DNA of 64,000 nucleotides, taken from contig JAWQFM010000010.1 of assembly GCA_033442325.1 (NCBI GenBank), positions 1,099,537-1,163,536 on the forward strand, in the 5' to 3' direction. Below the pieces are notes generated by a model. It searched no databases and was not told the origin of the DNA. It saw only the letters and a program-made list of their open reading frames with translations. Made by a program: the position numbers and the translations under genes. This stretch comes from Salpingoeca rosetta (Eukaryota; Protista; Choanoflagellata). Shown here in pieces: positions 18,101-39,965 of the stretch (position 1 is its first letter; each line of letters opens with the position of its first letter).

Positions 18101-20468
18101 TTGGCCGCGCGCTCTGCGTTGAGCTCCTGCCGGACTGTATCGCCCCCAGCAGCATGCTCCTCTGCTTGCTTCTTCGCTGTCTCCGCCTCCTTCTCAGCAG
18201 CAGAGAGCGCCTGGCTGAGGCGATCGCGCTCAGCGCGGTGCTCGCTCAACACCCGCTGCTGTTCGTCCTGCTGCTCATGCAGGTGTGCCTCCAGCACGCT
18301 CTTCTCTTTCTCGTGTTTGGCGTTTTGCTCTTCCAAGAGGGCGTCTGTGCTTGCCTGCATCTCCGCACGCGCGGCTGCGACCGCCTCCTCCATTTGCTTC
18401 CGCAGCTGTGCCAGCTCCTCCTCCAGATCACCCACCTCCTTCTCGTGCTCTTGCTCCAGCTCCTGCGTGTACGCGTCTGCGCTCGCTGTGGCCTCCTTCA
18501 GCTTCGCCTCGTACACGTCGCGCACTTTCTGCACCTCGTCCTGATGGGCATCTGCCGCTTGCTGTTGTGTGTGTGTGTTGTTTGTTGTGGTTGTGCAAGA
18601 TTGGGGTGGGTGAGAAAATGGCGCGGTTTGCGCGCACACACAAACAGACAAGCGATCAAATATGCTTTATCCACACACATGTACGCATACGCACATACGC
18701 ACGCACGCACAGACACACGCGCACAAACACAGAGACAGAGACAGACACACGCGCACAAACAGTCACGCAGTTTCTTTTTGCACCTGAGCGAGGGCAAGCT
18801 GCTCGCGAAGACTGTCCATCTCCTTCTCCAGCTCCTTCATGCGTTTGGTGGCGGCCGTGCCAGCCTGCGCCACCCGCGAGTTGAGTTCGCGTTCGTGGCG
18901 CTCAGAGAGATGCTTCACCTCCAGCCGCAGCCGTTCCATCTCGCCCTTGAAGTAATCTGATGCCTGCACTGCATCCGACATGTCTGACACCTTCTTCTTC
19001 AGGTCGTTGTTCATGTCTCGCAGCGTGTGCAGTTCGCGTTGGAGCGAGGCCTGATCGCCCTGGCTAGCTGCCGCCTCCTGCAGCTCAGCCTCAAGTTCGC
19101 TCGTTCGCGCCTTCTCTTCGTCGTACATCTTCTGCAGTTTCGTTCGCTCGTCCACCAGGGCCTTGACCTCTGTCGTGGTGCGTGCCAATGCCTCCTCCAG
19201 CTCAGCCAGGCGCTTGCGCAGTGCATTCAGGTCGTTGGCATCCTCGCTCAGCTCCTCAATCGAGTTGTGCTTGGACAACCGGCGCATGGGCGTGGGGGCA
19301 TCGGATACAGACCCCTGTCTGCTGTGTCGCCGCGCAAGCGCCGCCGCAATGCTCAGTTCACGCTCCTTGTCCTCCACCACGTCCATCACCTGGCTGTTTC
19401 TGCGACGAACACGCGATGTCGGGGTTGGGTCGTACACGTACAACACGTGCTCCAGCGTATCCCACGTGTTTGGCAGGCGAACCATGACGTGGCGGCGCAG
19501 CTTGGCCACCTTGAAGGGGCCAATGTGCCCAAACCTGTACTCGCCAGGCCCAACGCGCTGCGGTACCAGGTACTCCTTCTTCGTCTTCTTCAGGATCATG
19601 GCGATGTCGTGCTCAAGCCCAAGCTCTTCCTCTGCCAGGTTGTGTGTGTGTGAGTGTGTGTGTGAGTGTGTGTGAGTGAGCGTGTGCATGTTGTGAGTGA
19701 GCGTGTGTGTGTGTGCATGTGTGTGTGTGCATGTGTGTGTGCATATGTGTATGTGAGTACGTTCGTATGCGAGCAACTGGACTAGGCATGTTCCGTACCG
19801 TCGGTGAGCTTGAAGTTGCTTCCCATCCTGTCAATGTTCCGTTCAATCTCAACAAGCTGAATTGTGTGCATGTCCGTGCACGAGGACATGAGGAAATGGG
19901 CATGCTGTACATATCTGTGTACGTATGTGTGCATCATGTGTGTACATGTGCATGTGTGTGCATGCGCGCGCGTGTGTGTGCTTTTCTGCGTTTGCGTGTG
20001 TGTGTGTGCATTTGTGCGCTGCTCACCATGGGCGGGGCGACGGCTTTCTGAATTCGCGCCAACTCCATCAGACTGTGGTGTTTGTGTTGGTTTGTGGAGA
20101 GAGGAAGGGGCATGAATGAGGCATGTTCGTTGCGACATGTAAGATGTGTCTGGTATCGCGATACTGAACACCACCACTGTCACTCCTCACAACACACACA
20201 CGCACACACACACCTGTAGAGGACGTTTTTGTCGTTCTTGTGGTCGACGAGATCGGATGCTTCAAAGAGGACAGAGTCCGCAACGCCAACACCCTTGAGC
20301 CATTCAATGAACCGGCACACGTTGTCGCGTGCTTGAAACGACCCTGGTGGTGGTGATGATGATGATGGTGGTGGTGATTGTGACAGGTGTTGGCTACAGT
20401 GGATGCGAGTCGAAGGCAAAGGAAGAGAGAAGAGAAAGGGCTGCACGAGGAGCAGAGATACAGTCATA

Positions 20469-20529
<61 letters not shown>

Positions 20530-21453
20530 CAGGCAGACACACACGCACAGAGGCAGGCAGGCAGACACGCACACATACACACAGAGGCAGGCAGACACGC
20601 ACACACACACAGCACACACACATACACACACACACACACTGGCGTACCAGACGCAGCGCGGCGCATGTATGTTGTTGGCGCTGGTGTGTAGGATGGCTTC
20701 CCCATGTTATCGCGAACAACGCTGCTGTTGACGATGGAGGAGCCTTCTTTTTCTCCCTTTTCAATCAGCCCCGCCAACTGACACAGCACCGTGCCGTTGT
20801 CTGCACAGCACGGACACAGGTGCAATGTGAGCGCGCTAGTGTGGCTTTGCATTGTTTTAAGCGTTGGAAGTGGGAGGGTGTGTGTTTGTGTGTGCGTGCA
20901 CTTGTGTGTGCGTGCACTTGTGTGTGCGTGCACTTGCGTGTGTGTGTGTGTGTGCGTGTAATCACGCAGGCGACATGCAAGTCTCGAGCAACAGGCAGTG
21001 CTCTGCGCTTGTGTGCATACCAAGGTCCGTCATGATTGTGTCAGAGGTAATGTTCATGTGGAACAGCCCTGAAGAATACCATTGTCACAGGCAGACAGCT
21101 TATGGAATGAGAAGGGGCTTGTGGAAGCGCGCGCGCACACACTCATGTGCAAGTGCGATTGTGCATAGGGTTCGTTTCCAACACAAACACACGCACACAC
21201 GCGCGCGCGTGCACACACAAACACAGACGGACATTGCAGCGCACCTGCGAGCCACTCGGCAAGGTCTTCACGGTATGCTGCAAGGCGTTCCTGCTGCAGC
21301 GTGTCGCGCTGCTGCTCCGGCAGGTAGCTGCTGGCAAGACACGGCACAGGTTGGTGAATGACACACAAGCAGGGGGAAGGAAATACAGCCGTGCAGTTGT
21401 CGCAAGAGGCGCAAGCATGTCACCAAAGATACAACAACGTACGTGTCCGCCAT
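14359..21453 (-). CDS. GAS2-like protein with two CH+GAR modules separated by a long coiled coil (about 1,600 aa, about 12 exons)
   Basis: N-terminal CH: MADT|YLPEQQ...[10 protein letters not shown]|...[10 protein letters not shown]...[34 protein letters not shown]1: [11 protein letters not shown]...[20 protein letters not shown]. An E/A/Q/R-rich coiled coil follows (exon 18561-15469). CH2: VAEWVNLLL...[11 protein letters not shown]...[13 protein letters not shown]...[11 protein letters not shown]2: [10 protein letters not shown]...[27 protein letters not shown] basic tail exon lies at 14445-14359. The phase-0 intron 18783-18562 links the two halves in frame. Confidence 0.85.
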
Positions 21454-22409
21454 AGAAAGACGCTTGGGGCCTGTACAACGGTGTATATGTGCATGCGTGT
21501 GTGTGAGAGAGAGAGTGTGTGTGCGTGTGTGCGTGTGTGTATGTGTGTGTGTGTGTCAGTGTGTCAGGGTGCAGAACAGTGTGTGTGTGTGTGTGCTCGA
21601 CGTGGGAATGTGTGTGTGTGTGTGCGTAGCACACAGCATGTACACAAGAATTGCTCGTTTACACGCAAGGGCAAGCGCGCTGCGAACTCACGCAGTCGAA
21701 CGCTGCTGCCATCGTCAGCGGAGAACGCAGCTCCGTCACCGTCGTTGTCTGTTATGCATGCGCGAGTGGCACATCAAGAAGATGTGAGTCCACAGACAGA
21801 CAGACAGGCAGTCAGACACACAGACAGGCAGTCAGACACACACACACACAATCACAACACCGAAACCAACAAGCACCAAACAGGGCATGAACAACGAACA
21901 AGTACCAAGGTGTCACGCATGCATCACATCACGTTGCACACGAGTGTCACATGAGACAACAACAGCAACCAACCACAGCAACCAACCACACCAACCAACA
22001 ACCACACCATTCCAAGCCAGCACCTACCGGTCATGGTGACTGTGAATCCTTCCTTTGGCCAAGTCTCTCACTGTTCACGCGTGTGCACTTCCTTCCCCCT
22101 CTTGTTAACGACAGCCTAGGTCCACAGCACGGGCAAAGCCGTGCACGTCCGGGCAGGTGAGCACAACAAACACACAAGTGCACAGGCAAACACACAGGCA
22201 ACACGAGACAAGCAAGCAAGCAAGCAAGGTTGGTGTTGTGTGTTGTGTTGTGCCCACCAACAACAATGCTGCCTCTTCTTCGTCTTTCGCGGCCCGCGCT
22301 TCTTTGAATTTTTTTTGGTTTCGCCCATTTATTGTTGTCAGACGTGTTTTGCACAAGCAAGCACGATTCCAAAGAGGAAGAGGAAGGTTTCGCGCCAAAC
22401 AAACACACG

Positions 22410-22464
<55 letters not shown>

Positions 22465-22534
22465 CACACACACACACACACACACACATACACACACACA
22501 CACGCGCGCGCGCGCAGATGCAGATGCAGATGCC

Positions 22535-31236
<8,702 letters not shown>

Positions 31237-32114
31237 TGGTGCAGCGCAAGCCATGATAATGGCGCGACCTTTCATCGTCCGATCTGTCGCGCCGCTTGGG
31301 TTTGCTTGGGCTTTTTCGTGCGTGTGTGTGTGTGTGTGTGTCGCCACCATTTTCAAAGCCCCGCGTGCACATGGGACGAAACCGCACGCACACAGCACGT
31401 GCAATCAAGTACAGAAGCAAGCACTCGCACGCGCTGATTTCCTGTCATGGTCGCATTCAAACTGTTGGCGGCACCGGACATTTGGTGCGAATCCCCATAG
31501 TTGTGCGAAGATATAAACAACATTCCGATTTTTGAAAAGGGCATTCGCCACTGTCGTTTGTCCATCAAGCAAAAGCAATTTGGCCACTGCACACACAAAT
31601 AACGGAACGGCAGCTTCACGCTTGCTGTTGTGTGTTGTTTTGCTGTGTTGCCCCCTTATTCTCGTTGTTGTTTCCTACTGCCACACACACTTCTCGCTTG
31701 TGTTTGCAGTGTGCGAGGTTTGGTTGTTGGTTGTGGTTGTGTGCGGTTTGTGTGGCAGTGGGACACAGCACGGTTGGCTTGTGGGCGAAAAGCTTCGCAA
31801 CTCCCAACCACGCCTCGCACATCGAGACCCCCCCCCAAAAGTCCACGTTAGGCTGGCTAGCTGTACTGATTTGCCTTCGCGGGGTCCCCGTTGTGTACTT
31901 GTTGTTTGTGTTTGCGTGTGTGTGCACACTCGCACGTTTGGGTTTCTCTCAGCGTGTGCGTGTGTGCGTGTGCGTGTGTTTTGTGAGACTGTAGCGCACA
32001 CAAACAACACTGCACGCTCGCACGCACACCACCACGGCACCCACGTCGACACCACAGCAGGAGTCGCGGTGTGTGTGTGTGGAGCAAGTGGTTGGTCTCC
32101 TTGCGTCCATTGTG

Positions 32115-32188
<74 letters not shown>

Positions 32189-32462
32189 CCTCTTTTGTTA
32201 TTACGTACACGACCCACCACCACACGCGTGTGAGCAACTCGCGACATTTTCCTCTTCCCCCCTTGCTCTTCCACACTGCAGCACAGCAAAGCCAGCACGG
32301 TAAGGTGTTGTTGGTTGCCTTGGATGCTGCACTGCTGCTGCATTGTCGGTTTTCGATATGGATGGCATCGTGGGATGCGTGTGTTGTTTTTTGGGATCCC
32401 GCGTGTGTTGTGTTACACCCACGCTGCATCAGCAGCTCACACACACACATCATCATCGTCAT

Positions 32463-32494
<32 letters not shown>

Positions 32495-32757
32495 GCAGCA
32501 CATCACCCGGCCCACCGCACACATCGTCGCTCACTCTCATCCTCCGTTTCGAATTCCATCTGCTGCTGTCCTTCCTTCGTCGTGCCTTGCACTGCCACCT
32601 TCCCCATCAACATCCAAACAACATCACGGCACCAACAGAGACGCCACCTCGACTGTCCATACCCACACAACAAGCACCAAGGGAACACCTTCACACAGGT
32701 TGGTGGCCCCCTTGCCATCGCTTGGCACTGCAACGCACCGCTCGACCCTCTGCATAA

Positions 32758-32806
<49 letters not shown>

Positions 32807-33785
32807 GCACACATGAACAAACAACGCACAAACAGACACAAGAGAGAGCAAGCCACGCCACCACCACCCGAACATCATGAAACCCTCTGCTGTCTCTTGC
32901 CATCCTTTCGCAATTTTCCCACCTCCCCTTTGATCAAACGATCTTCTGCACGGCGCGCCAAATCCGTCTCATCTGCCCGGTTGTTCTGGTCGTGACTTTG
33001 CCGGACACTCACCCGTGAACTGGTCACTGTGCCGCAACTTTTCGTCTTCCATCACCATCATTTGTTTTTTTTCTTCTCTCGTCTCCCTTCCCACTGACTG
33101 TCCTTGCTTTGTTGTTGTTACGTGGCACCGCACACGCGAGGCACAAGCAAGTGTGTGTGATCGTGCTCGCAGCAGAGATTCTCCTCGCTTCGTCCCCTGC
33201 ACAGTTTCCGCACCACTTGCCCCCCCGCAACCCCCGCACATTCCTTACCTTTTGTTTGCGGTGTGCACAGCCAAACTCGTTGTCTGACTGTACTCCACAC
33301 AACAACCGCACGTTGACCGGCCCAGCGTTTGCGAACCAGCCACACGCACGCACACGCCGGGTCATCATTCCTTTCTTGCCCTCCACTGCCACCACCCACC
33401 ACTGTGTATCGATTGACGCAGCGCGCCGTTTGCTTTCCTCCGCCCTGGTTTTGCTTTGCGCGCTTGCTCCTCTCCCTCCTTTGTCGTTGGTCTCTTCGGT
33501 GTTCACCGTGCAGTCGTGAGTGCGCGTTTGTGTGATTGAGAGGGAAGGTGGTTCGGCTTTTGGCGCGCCAACCACCCTCTTCCATTCCCCTCAACTGCAT
33601 GCGCCTCTCCCCTCTTTCTCTATCAACAACACCATTCTCCATACCCCTCTCGTCCTCTCACTCTCCTTCTCCGTCTTCCATTACCTCTTTTCCTTCGCCT
33701 ACACACGAGCGGCGGCGAACCACACACGCACACGCACACCACATTACACCCATCGCACACGAGCTACGTTGGTCAACTTGCCATC

Positions 33786-36700
33786 ATGTCTGACATCTAC
33801 CATGCCTTTGCCCGGGCCATGCACGCAAACGCGGCCTCTCAGCGACAGGAGTCTCGGTTCCGAACACTTGCAGGAGCGAGGATCAACCACAGACCAATCC
33901 TTCGTCGCCGCACCCTTCCAACAACCCCATCAGCTGCAACACTACGAACAGCCTTGCTGGCTTCTTCATCGACACCAACATTGACATCTGTGACTTCCTC
34001 CTCCTCCTCCTCCTCCTCCTCCTCCTCCTCCTCCTCCTCCTCCTCCTCCTCGACCTACCATCAACCACACAAGCGCCCCATCCTCGACATTTCCCCTTCC
34101 AACCACCGTGCCACCTCTCAGCCAGCAGCACCTTCAGCGTCAGCCAAGGCCTTTGCGCTCGCCTCGCGATCCTCCCCCGCCAAGCACCCACACTCTACCG
34201 ACACCATCTGCGCGTCTCCAGCGCGCACGTGTGCCACCCCGCAATTATCCTCCACGCCAACATCCACCCCGCCCAGGCCAAGCAAGATGGCGCTCCACCC
34301 TGCCACGTCTTCACCCGCGCTCAGTGCCGATCCAACCGCCATGCACATGCACCATCACCACGAGCACATGTGGTGCGCTCAGCAGCAGTCCACAAAGCCC
34401 GTGCATGATTATCCTTTCACAATCAATCCATTTCGTCCCGTCAGCCCGGAAGACGAGTCAACCAGCGCCAACACAGGCACGCCGCCCACGCCTCACGACC
34501 CATGCCGCTCCAACAACCCCAACGACTCGCATCACTTTTTTGGCCAGGCCTTTGAGCACCATCAGCACGACGAGTACGACGCTGCGTCGCAACCCGAACC
34601 CACAGACAGCCCCCAATCTTCCCAGCAATCCATCCGCCGCACCAGGTGCGCCTTGCCTTGCAAGCGAGCTGTGTGGATGCCTCTACGTTTTGTGTGCGAG
34701 CGCCTGTATGTGTGTCTTGTGCGAGTGTATGTGCGGATGTGTGTGTGTGTTTGTCCTTGTGTGCGTGCGCCCACGCTCGCTGCAGGTTCTGGGTTGGACC
34801 TCACGCCTGACGTCTGACCTCTTTGTTACGCTTTTGTTATTCGGTTTCCTCAGATCAATTTCAGCCATGTCTGACCTGGAGCACGCGACACAGCGCATGT
34901 GCCGTGACGAAGACGAAGAAGACGACGACTTGCAGAGGTTTGTTCCTGGATCCACATGAGACACTGCGCTTTGCACTCAATTCACACACACACACACGCA
35001 CACGCACACGCACCCTCGCACGCACCGTTGCTCACCTCGATGCTCTTGCCTCTCCCCCCCCCCCCCCAACCTTGAATTGCGGCCGGTGTGTTTGCTTGCA
35101 GTGTGTTTGCGCCTCGTCTGACGCGCACGTGCTCGGATGCAACACCTGCGTCGCCCGCCATGGCCACGCCAAGGACCACCACCACACCATCGTCACGCAC
35201 CAAGCCAAAGCACCACCGCGCCAGCCGTCGTGGCTCTGCCACTGTGGCCTCTGTGCGTGACGCTGCGTCCACCTCCGGCTGCACCACCCCTCCGCGCCAC
35301 GCGTCAGCGGCCCCTGCCGCCACCCCCACGCGGCGCTCCCGGCGCAAAGTCGCCCGCCGCCGCAGCTGCGCGTCTCCGAGTCCGCGCGCATCGCCCATCT
35401 CGCCACTGCACCTGCAAACGACGTTTGACTGGGCCATGACACCGCCGCGCCGTCTGGGAAGTACCGCCCTCAGGGAGCGCTCCCACTCCATTGCCTCTGG
35501 CACAGACTTTTACAGCACCCACGTCGACGTTGTCCAGCCAAAGCGCACCAGCAGCAGCTTCAACGGCGCTGGGGTGGCCACGCGACCCTCTACGGCGCTG
35601 GGGTGGACGCTGCTTGGAGACGCCATCCCCGAGGAGGACACAAGCGGGCGCCTGTCGCCAACCCCGGACCAGCCGTCCCCGCTCATGGCCAACTCGCCAG
35701 CCGTGCTCGCCTCGCGTAACTCGTCGCCCCCGCCAACAGCTGCGCAGCCCTGCGTCTCGCTCAGCCTCGACGAGACGCCGCAGCAGAACCACTCCCAGTA
35801 CCGCGCCCTCCACTCCCATTCCCACTCCCAACAGCACCAGCACCAGCAGTTGTGCACCAATGCCATGGATGCCACCACGACAGCGCCTGCGCCCGCGACG
35901 ACGTCGTCATCATCATCAACTGCTGCCCACCAGCAGCATCAGCGGCGCGCTCCACTGCTGCGCAGCTGCTCCGACTCGTCTGCGTTTTCGTGCGCGACGG
36001 CGACAGAGTCGGCGCTGGCGTCGTTTGCACGTGCACGGCGCGCCCTCCCCACAGGGAAGCAGGTTGCCCGCACCCTGCGCATGCGTTGTGACAGTGGGTC
36101 CAGCCCGGCTCTTGCCAGCGAGGCTGTCGTGCGCTCGGCAGCGTCGGCCACGCTGGCAACCACCACCTCTTCAGGACACACCCGCACTGCCACCGCCACA
36201 GTGGCATCAGCGACCACCGTCACAGCCACCGCGAGTGCTGGCAGCACCGGGTTTGCCGAGGGCGAGGCGAGCGACTGCCACTTCCGATCGCCATCGCAGC
36301 ACGTGGTCGACACCACAACCAAGGAAAACACCAACCCAGCGCAGCTGCCGATGAACAGTGCTGGCGATGGTGGCGATGGGCATGCGAGCGTCAATCCTGC
36401 TGGCGGCAACACCAGCGCTCTGGAAGGCAGCAACCCGCCGCGCATTCTGCCTTGCAGGCAGAACGCAGACAAGCCCGGGTATATCATCACGTGTGACGTG
36501 CTCAACGACGTGCTTGACGGCAAGTACAACCACGCCATTGACCAGGTGTACATTGTCGACTGCCGGTTTGGGTTTGAGTTTGAGGGCGGCCACATTCGCG
36601 GCGCGCACAACCTGTGGCGCCGCAACGAAGTGCTTGAGTTTTTCATGCACCCCGAGGCCATCACCGGCCGCCGGGCGCACCGGCGCACCGTCATTGTCTT

Positions 36701-37025
36701 CCACTGCGAGTTTAGCTCGCACCGCGCACCAAGCCAGTTTGAGTACATGCGCGACATGGACCGGCTCATCAACCAGGAGCACTACCCGCACCTCATCTAC
36801 CCGGAGATGTATGTGCTCAAGGGCGGGTACAAGGCGTTCCACGAGGCGTACCCGCAGCACTGCACCAACAGCGGCGGCTACTGCACCATGTTTGCGGAGC
36901 GGTACGAGCAGCAGCGGCGCCAGGCCCAGACCACGCTCAATGCCAGCGTCCGCGACGCGCGGCAGAACAAGACGTCCGTTGCCGACGCGTACCGGCGCCA
37001 GTCGTGCGGTGGCCAGCCCGCCTAG
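33786..37025 (+). CDS. CDC25: CDC25 M-phase inducer phosphatase, 3 exons
   Basis: Rhodanese-fold catalytic domain with IVDCRFGFEFEGGHIRGAHN, VIVFHCEFSSHRAP (HCX5R) and YPHLIYPEMYVLKGGYKAF, preceded by a long S/T/P-rich N-terminus. Exons approximately 33786-34645, 34854-34936, 35102-37025, with consistent phases. Confidence 0.93.
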
Positions 37026-38235
37026 CTAACTGCTGCCCGTGGCGATATGTTGGTGATAATGGTGATGGTGGTGACTGCAGCACTTTTGAGGGTCACGATA
37101 CATTGTAGTCGTCACGGTTACTGCTGCTGCTGCTGTTGCTGCTTTTTCTTTCTCTCTTGCGCTGCTCTGATGAGCATGTGTCGGGTTCCACGGCGTGTCC
37201 TGGCATGTGGGGTTCCGGTACTGTGTCTTTGTGTATTGTATGTGCTGCGTGATTGTTGGACGCCCCCCTTATGTATTTGGGTTGCGTCAGCGTATGTGAT
37301 TTTTGTGTGCTTGTGTGTTTATGTATTGTGTATTGTACTGCCGTTGGGATGCCCTGTGCGTCCCTTGAGTGTTAATCAACCTCAAAATCCTTTTGCAGTG
37401 TGCCTCTATGCTCGCTGTGCAAAGGCGCCCTGGTCTCTCCCCTCCCCTCCCCTCCCCTCTGACTCTTTTCACTTGATCGTGTGATGTGAGCCCTTCTTGG
37501 TTGTAGGCGTCTTGTGCTGTTGGTGACCAGGTCTTTTCCGTAACTGCAGTATTTTTTTAAGAGATGTGTTGTTCTTTTGGTGGTGGTGGTGGTTGTCATT
37601 ATGTCTCGTCGACCATTGTGTATGTGTGTGTGTGTGTCTAATTGCGGCGCGCGTGGTGCATTTCGTGCGCCTTGTGTCGTATTGGTCATCTTTTCTCACC
37701 AGTCCAGTTGAGCGCCAATCTAATGTGCGTCTTGTGGTGGTGGTGGTGGTGGTGGTGGTTTGTCTGTCGTTTGTCGACAGCGTGTCCTCACCGCCCTCCC
37801 CCCCCCCCCTTCTTTCACTCGGTTCATTGCCATCTGTTTGCGCCTGCGGCGCCTTGGGTTTCGTCGCATCGTTACAACTAAACTGCGCAGCTCTCTTCAC
37901 AGTGCTAGCAAGAAGGCATAATGAGATAAATGTGACAGGGGAGGGGAAGGAGTGTACGTGGGCCTTTGTTCATGTTTGCTTGATGTGGATGAGGCCTTGC
38001 GTTTCATAAGGAAGGCGCCATGTCGCGCGTGTGTTTCGTGTATTTGCTCGAGTACGTCAAGGGCAAGGAAGCATTCACCAGCGTGAACATGAGAACACAG
38101 GCAACTCAGCGGCAAGGCAGGGGCACACGCAGTGACAGGCGGAGGCAGTCACAGTCGCAGAGACACAGTCAAGCGAACAAACACACACGCACACACGCAC
38201 AATCAAACAGACAGACGCGCTCGCGTAACAAAGGA

Positions 38236-38318
38236 ACACTTACACACACACACTTACACACACACACACACTTACACACACACACACACTTACACACACA
38301 CACACACTTACACACACA
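38236..38318. repeat. (CA)n repeat punctuated by CTT at about 14-18 bp intervals
   Basis: Read directly from the sequence, 3' of the FN3 gene. Confidence 0.85.
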
Positions 38319-38363
38319 CGCGCGCACACACACACTCACACACACACACACACATGTGATGGA

Positions 38364-39605
38364 TCAGGAAATGGGGGAGTAACCGGAGCGAGTGCCGCGC
38401 GCGTGCTTAACGGCGAGCAAGATGAGGCCAATCAAGGCGGCGCCACCAAGCACGCCGCCGATGATGGCGCCAGTGATGGGCGAGGGGTTCTTGTTGCCGT
38501 TGCTGGGCTCGTAGTGGAAGCTGACCTGCCCGTCGACGCCACACCCGACCTGCGTGCAGGCGGAGACGGTGATGAAGTAGTTCTGGTTCACGGCAAACTC
38601 AATCGCGCCGGGGAGCGCAAGCGTGGCGTTGGTAATGGTGGTGGTGTTGGTGGCAAGCAGGCGCAGGTGCGGCGTGGCGGCCTCGTACACGCTGACGTTG
38701 TAGTGGGTGATGTTGCAGCCGCCGGTACGGGGCACCGTCCACCACGCAGACACGCGCGATGCCTCGATGGACGTGACGTTGATGGTGGTGACAGATGCGG
38801 GCGCCGTGGCAAGGAAGAAGGTTGTTGTCGTGCTGTTCATGCACGGCGTGCCGCGGCCGCCGTTGAGGACAAGCGAATTGAGGATGGTGGCCGTGACGTG
38901 AGTGCACGTTGGCTGCACGTATCCGCCAAACGAGCGATCGTACGCGGGCACGTCCCTGAAATGCCACGTGCGCGTGTTGTCTGTCAGGGTCACGCTGCTG
39001 GTCATGGTCGTGATGATACCGAGCGGGAAGGGGGGCTCCACATGGAACTTGAGCAGGACGTCCGACGAGGTATCGTTGTTCCAGGGCAGGCTCACCGTAG
39101 TGTCGAGGATGAGGGTTGTGCAGCGCGTGTACCCTGCCTCGACCTGCATCAAGCTGGTGCTTTTGTTCGTGAAGTGCGTCTGTGCGCTGTACCAGATGTA
39201 CTCGGGCCCAAGCGGGTTGCTGATGTAGGCAAAGTTGCCACCGGTCTGCGCCGTCACGGGGTCCTTGCCTGCGTCCTGCGTGGTGAGCACAATGTCGGCA
39301 TCGGTCAGCTGCGCGTTGACCCAGGTGATGACTGGCTGGCCCACGTCGCCCGGGGCGAGGTAGAGCGTGTTGTTGAGCTGGTTTTGGCCGGCAGAGGATG
39401 CGTTGCATGCGCAGGCGAACTTGTTGGCGCCAGCCTGCTGAGCGAGCGGCGACAGGTGGCAGGTCTTGCCGCCCTGGATATCAGCGCCGTTCTGCACGCG
39501 CGTGCACGCGCCGATGCTTGCCAATCCGTGCTGCGGCAGGCACGCCAGCACAACTACAAGCGCAGCCATGCCCGCCATCATCACCATACGGCCAGAGGGC
39601 GCCAT
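38364..39605 (-). CDS. Single-pass type I membrane glycoprotein with a fibronectin type III domain; coding sequence has no introns (413 aa)
   Basis: Signal peptide (MAPSGRMVMMAGMAALVVVLACL), many N-X-S/T sites, FN3 domain (VSAWWTVP..GGCNITHYNV...YFITVSACTQVGCG), transmembrane helix (AIIGGVLGGAALIGLILLAV) and short tail KHARGTRSGYSPIS*. Confidence 0.8.
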   Translation of the reverse strand: MAPSGRMVMMAGMAALVVVLACLPQHGLASIGACTRVQNGADIQGGKTCHLSPLAQQAGANKFACACNASSAGQNQLNNTLYLAPGDVGQPVITWVNAQLTDADIVLTTQDAGKDPVTAQTGGNFAYISNPLGPEYIWYSAQTHFTNKSTSLMQVEAGYTRCTTLILDTTVSLPWNNDTSSDVLLKFHVEPPFPLGIITTMTSSVTLTDNTRTWHFRDVPAYDRSFGGYVQPTCTHVTATILNSLVLNGGRGTPCMNSTTTTFFLATAPASVTTINVTSIEASRVSAWWTVPRTGGCNITHYNVSVYEAATPHLRLLATNTTTITNATLALPGAIEFAVNQNYFITVSACTQVGCGVDGQVSFHYEPSNGNKNPSPITGAIIGGVLGGAALIGLILLAVKHARGTRSGYSPIS

Positions 39606-39965
39606 CGTGGTGGTACCTTGTGCGTGCGTGTGTGTGTGCGTGTGCGTGTGTGTGTGGGGGGGGGGGGGTGGAGAAATGATACCGAGGTGATCGCGCGTGT
39701 GTGGTGTTGTGTGTGGTGCGTCTTGCGTGGAATGAGGGTGGTTGTCTTCGCTTGTGCTTTCTTTCGATGGTGAATGACGATGACTCATCAACGGAAGGAA
39801 GGGCAAAAGACGAGGCGGCAAGCAAGCAAGCAAGCAAGTGAGCACGCACGCAAGGCAGCGTTCTTGCTCCACTGTGCACACGCGTCCACACGCACACACA
39901 TCACACGCACATGCACACACATGGCACATGTACACACTCGCGTACACGCACATACCATGGTCTGG

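Noticed and set aside
17044-18960. Long plus-strand ORFs (638 aa and 457 aa)
   Set aside because: Antisense shadows of the GC-rich coiled-coil exon, with no domain motifs.
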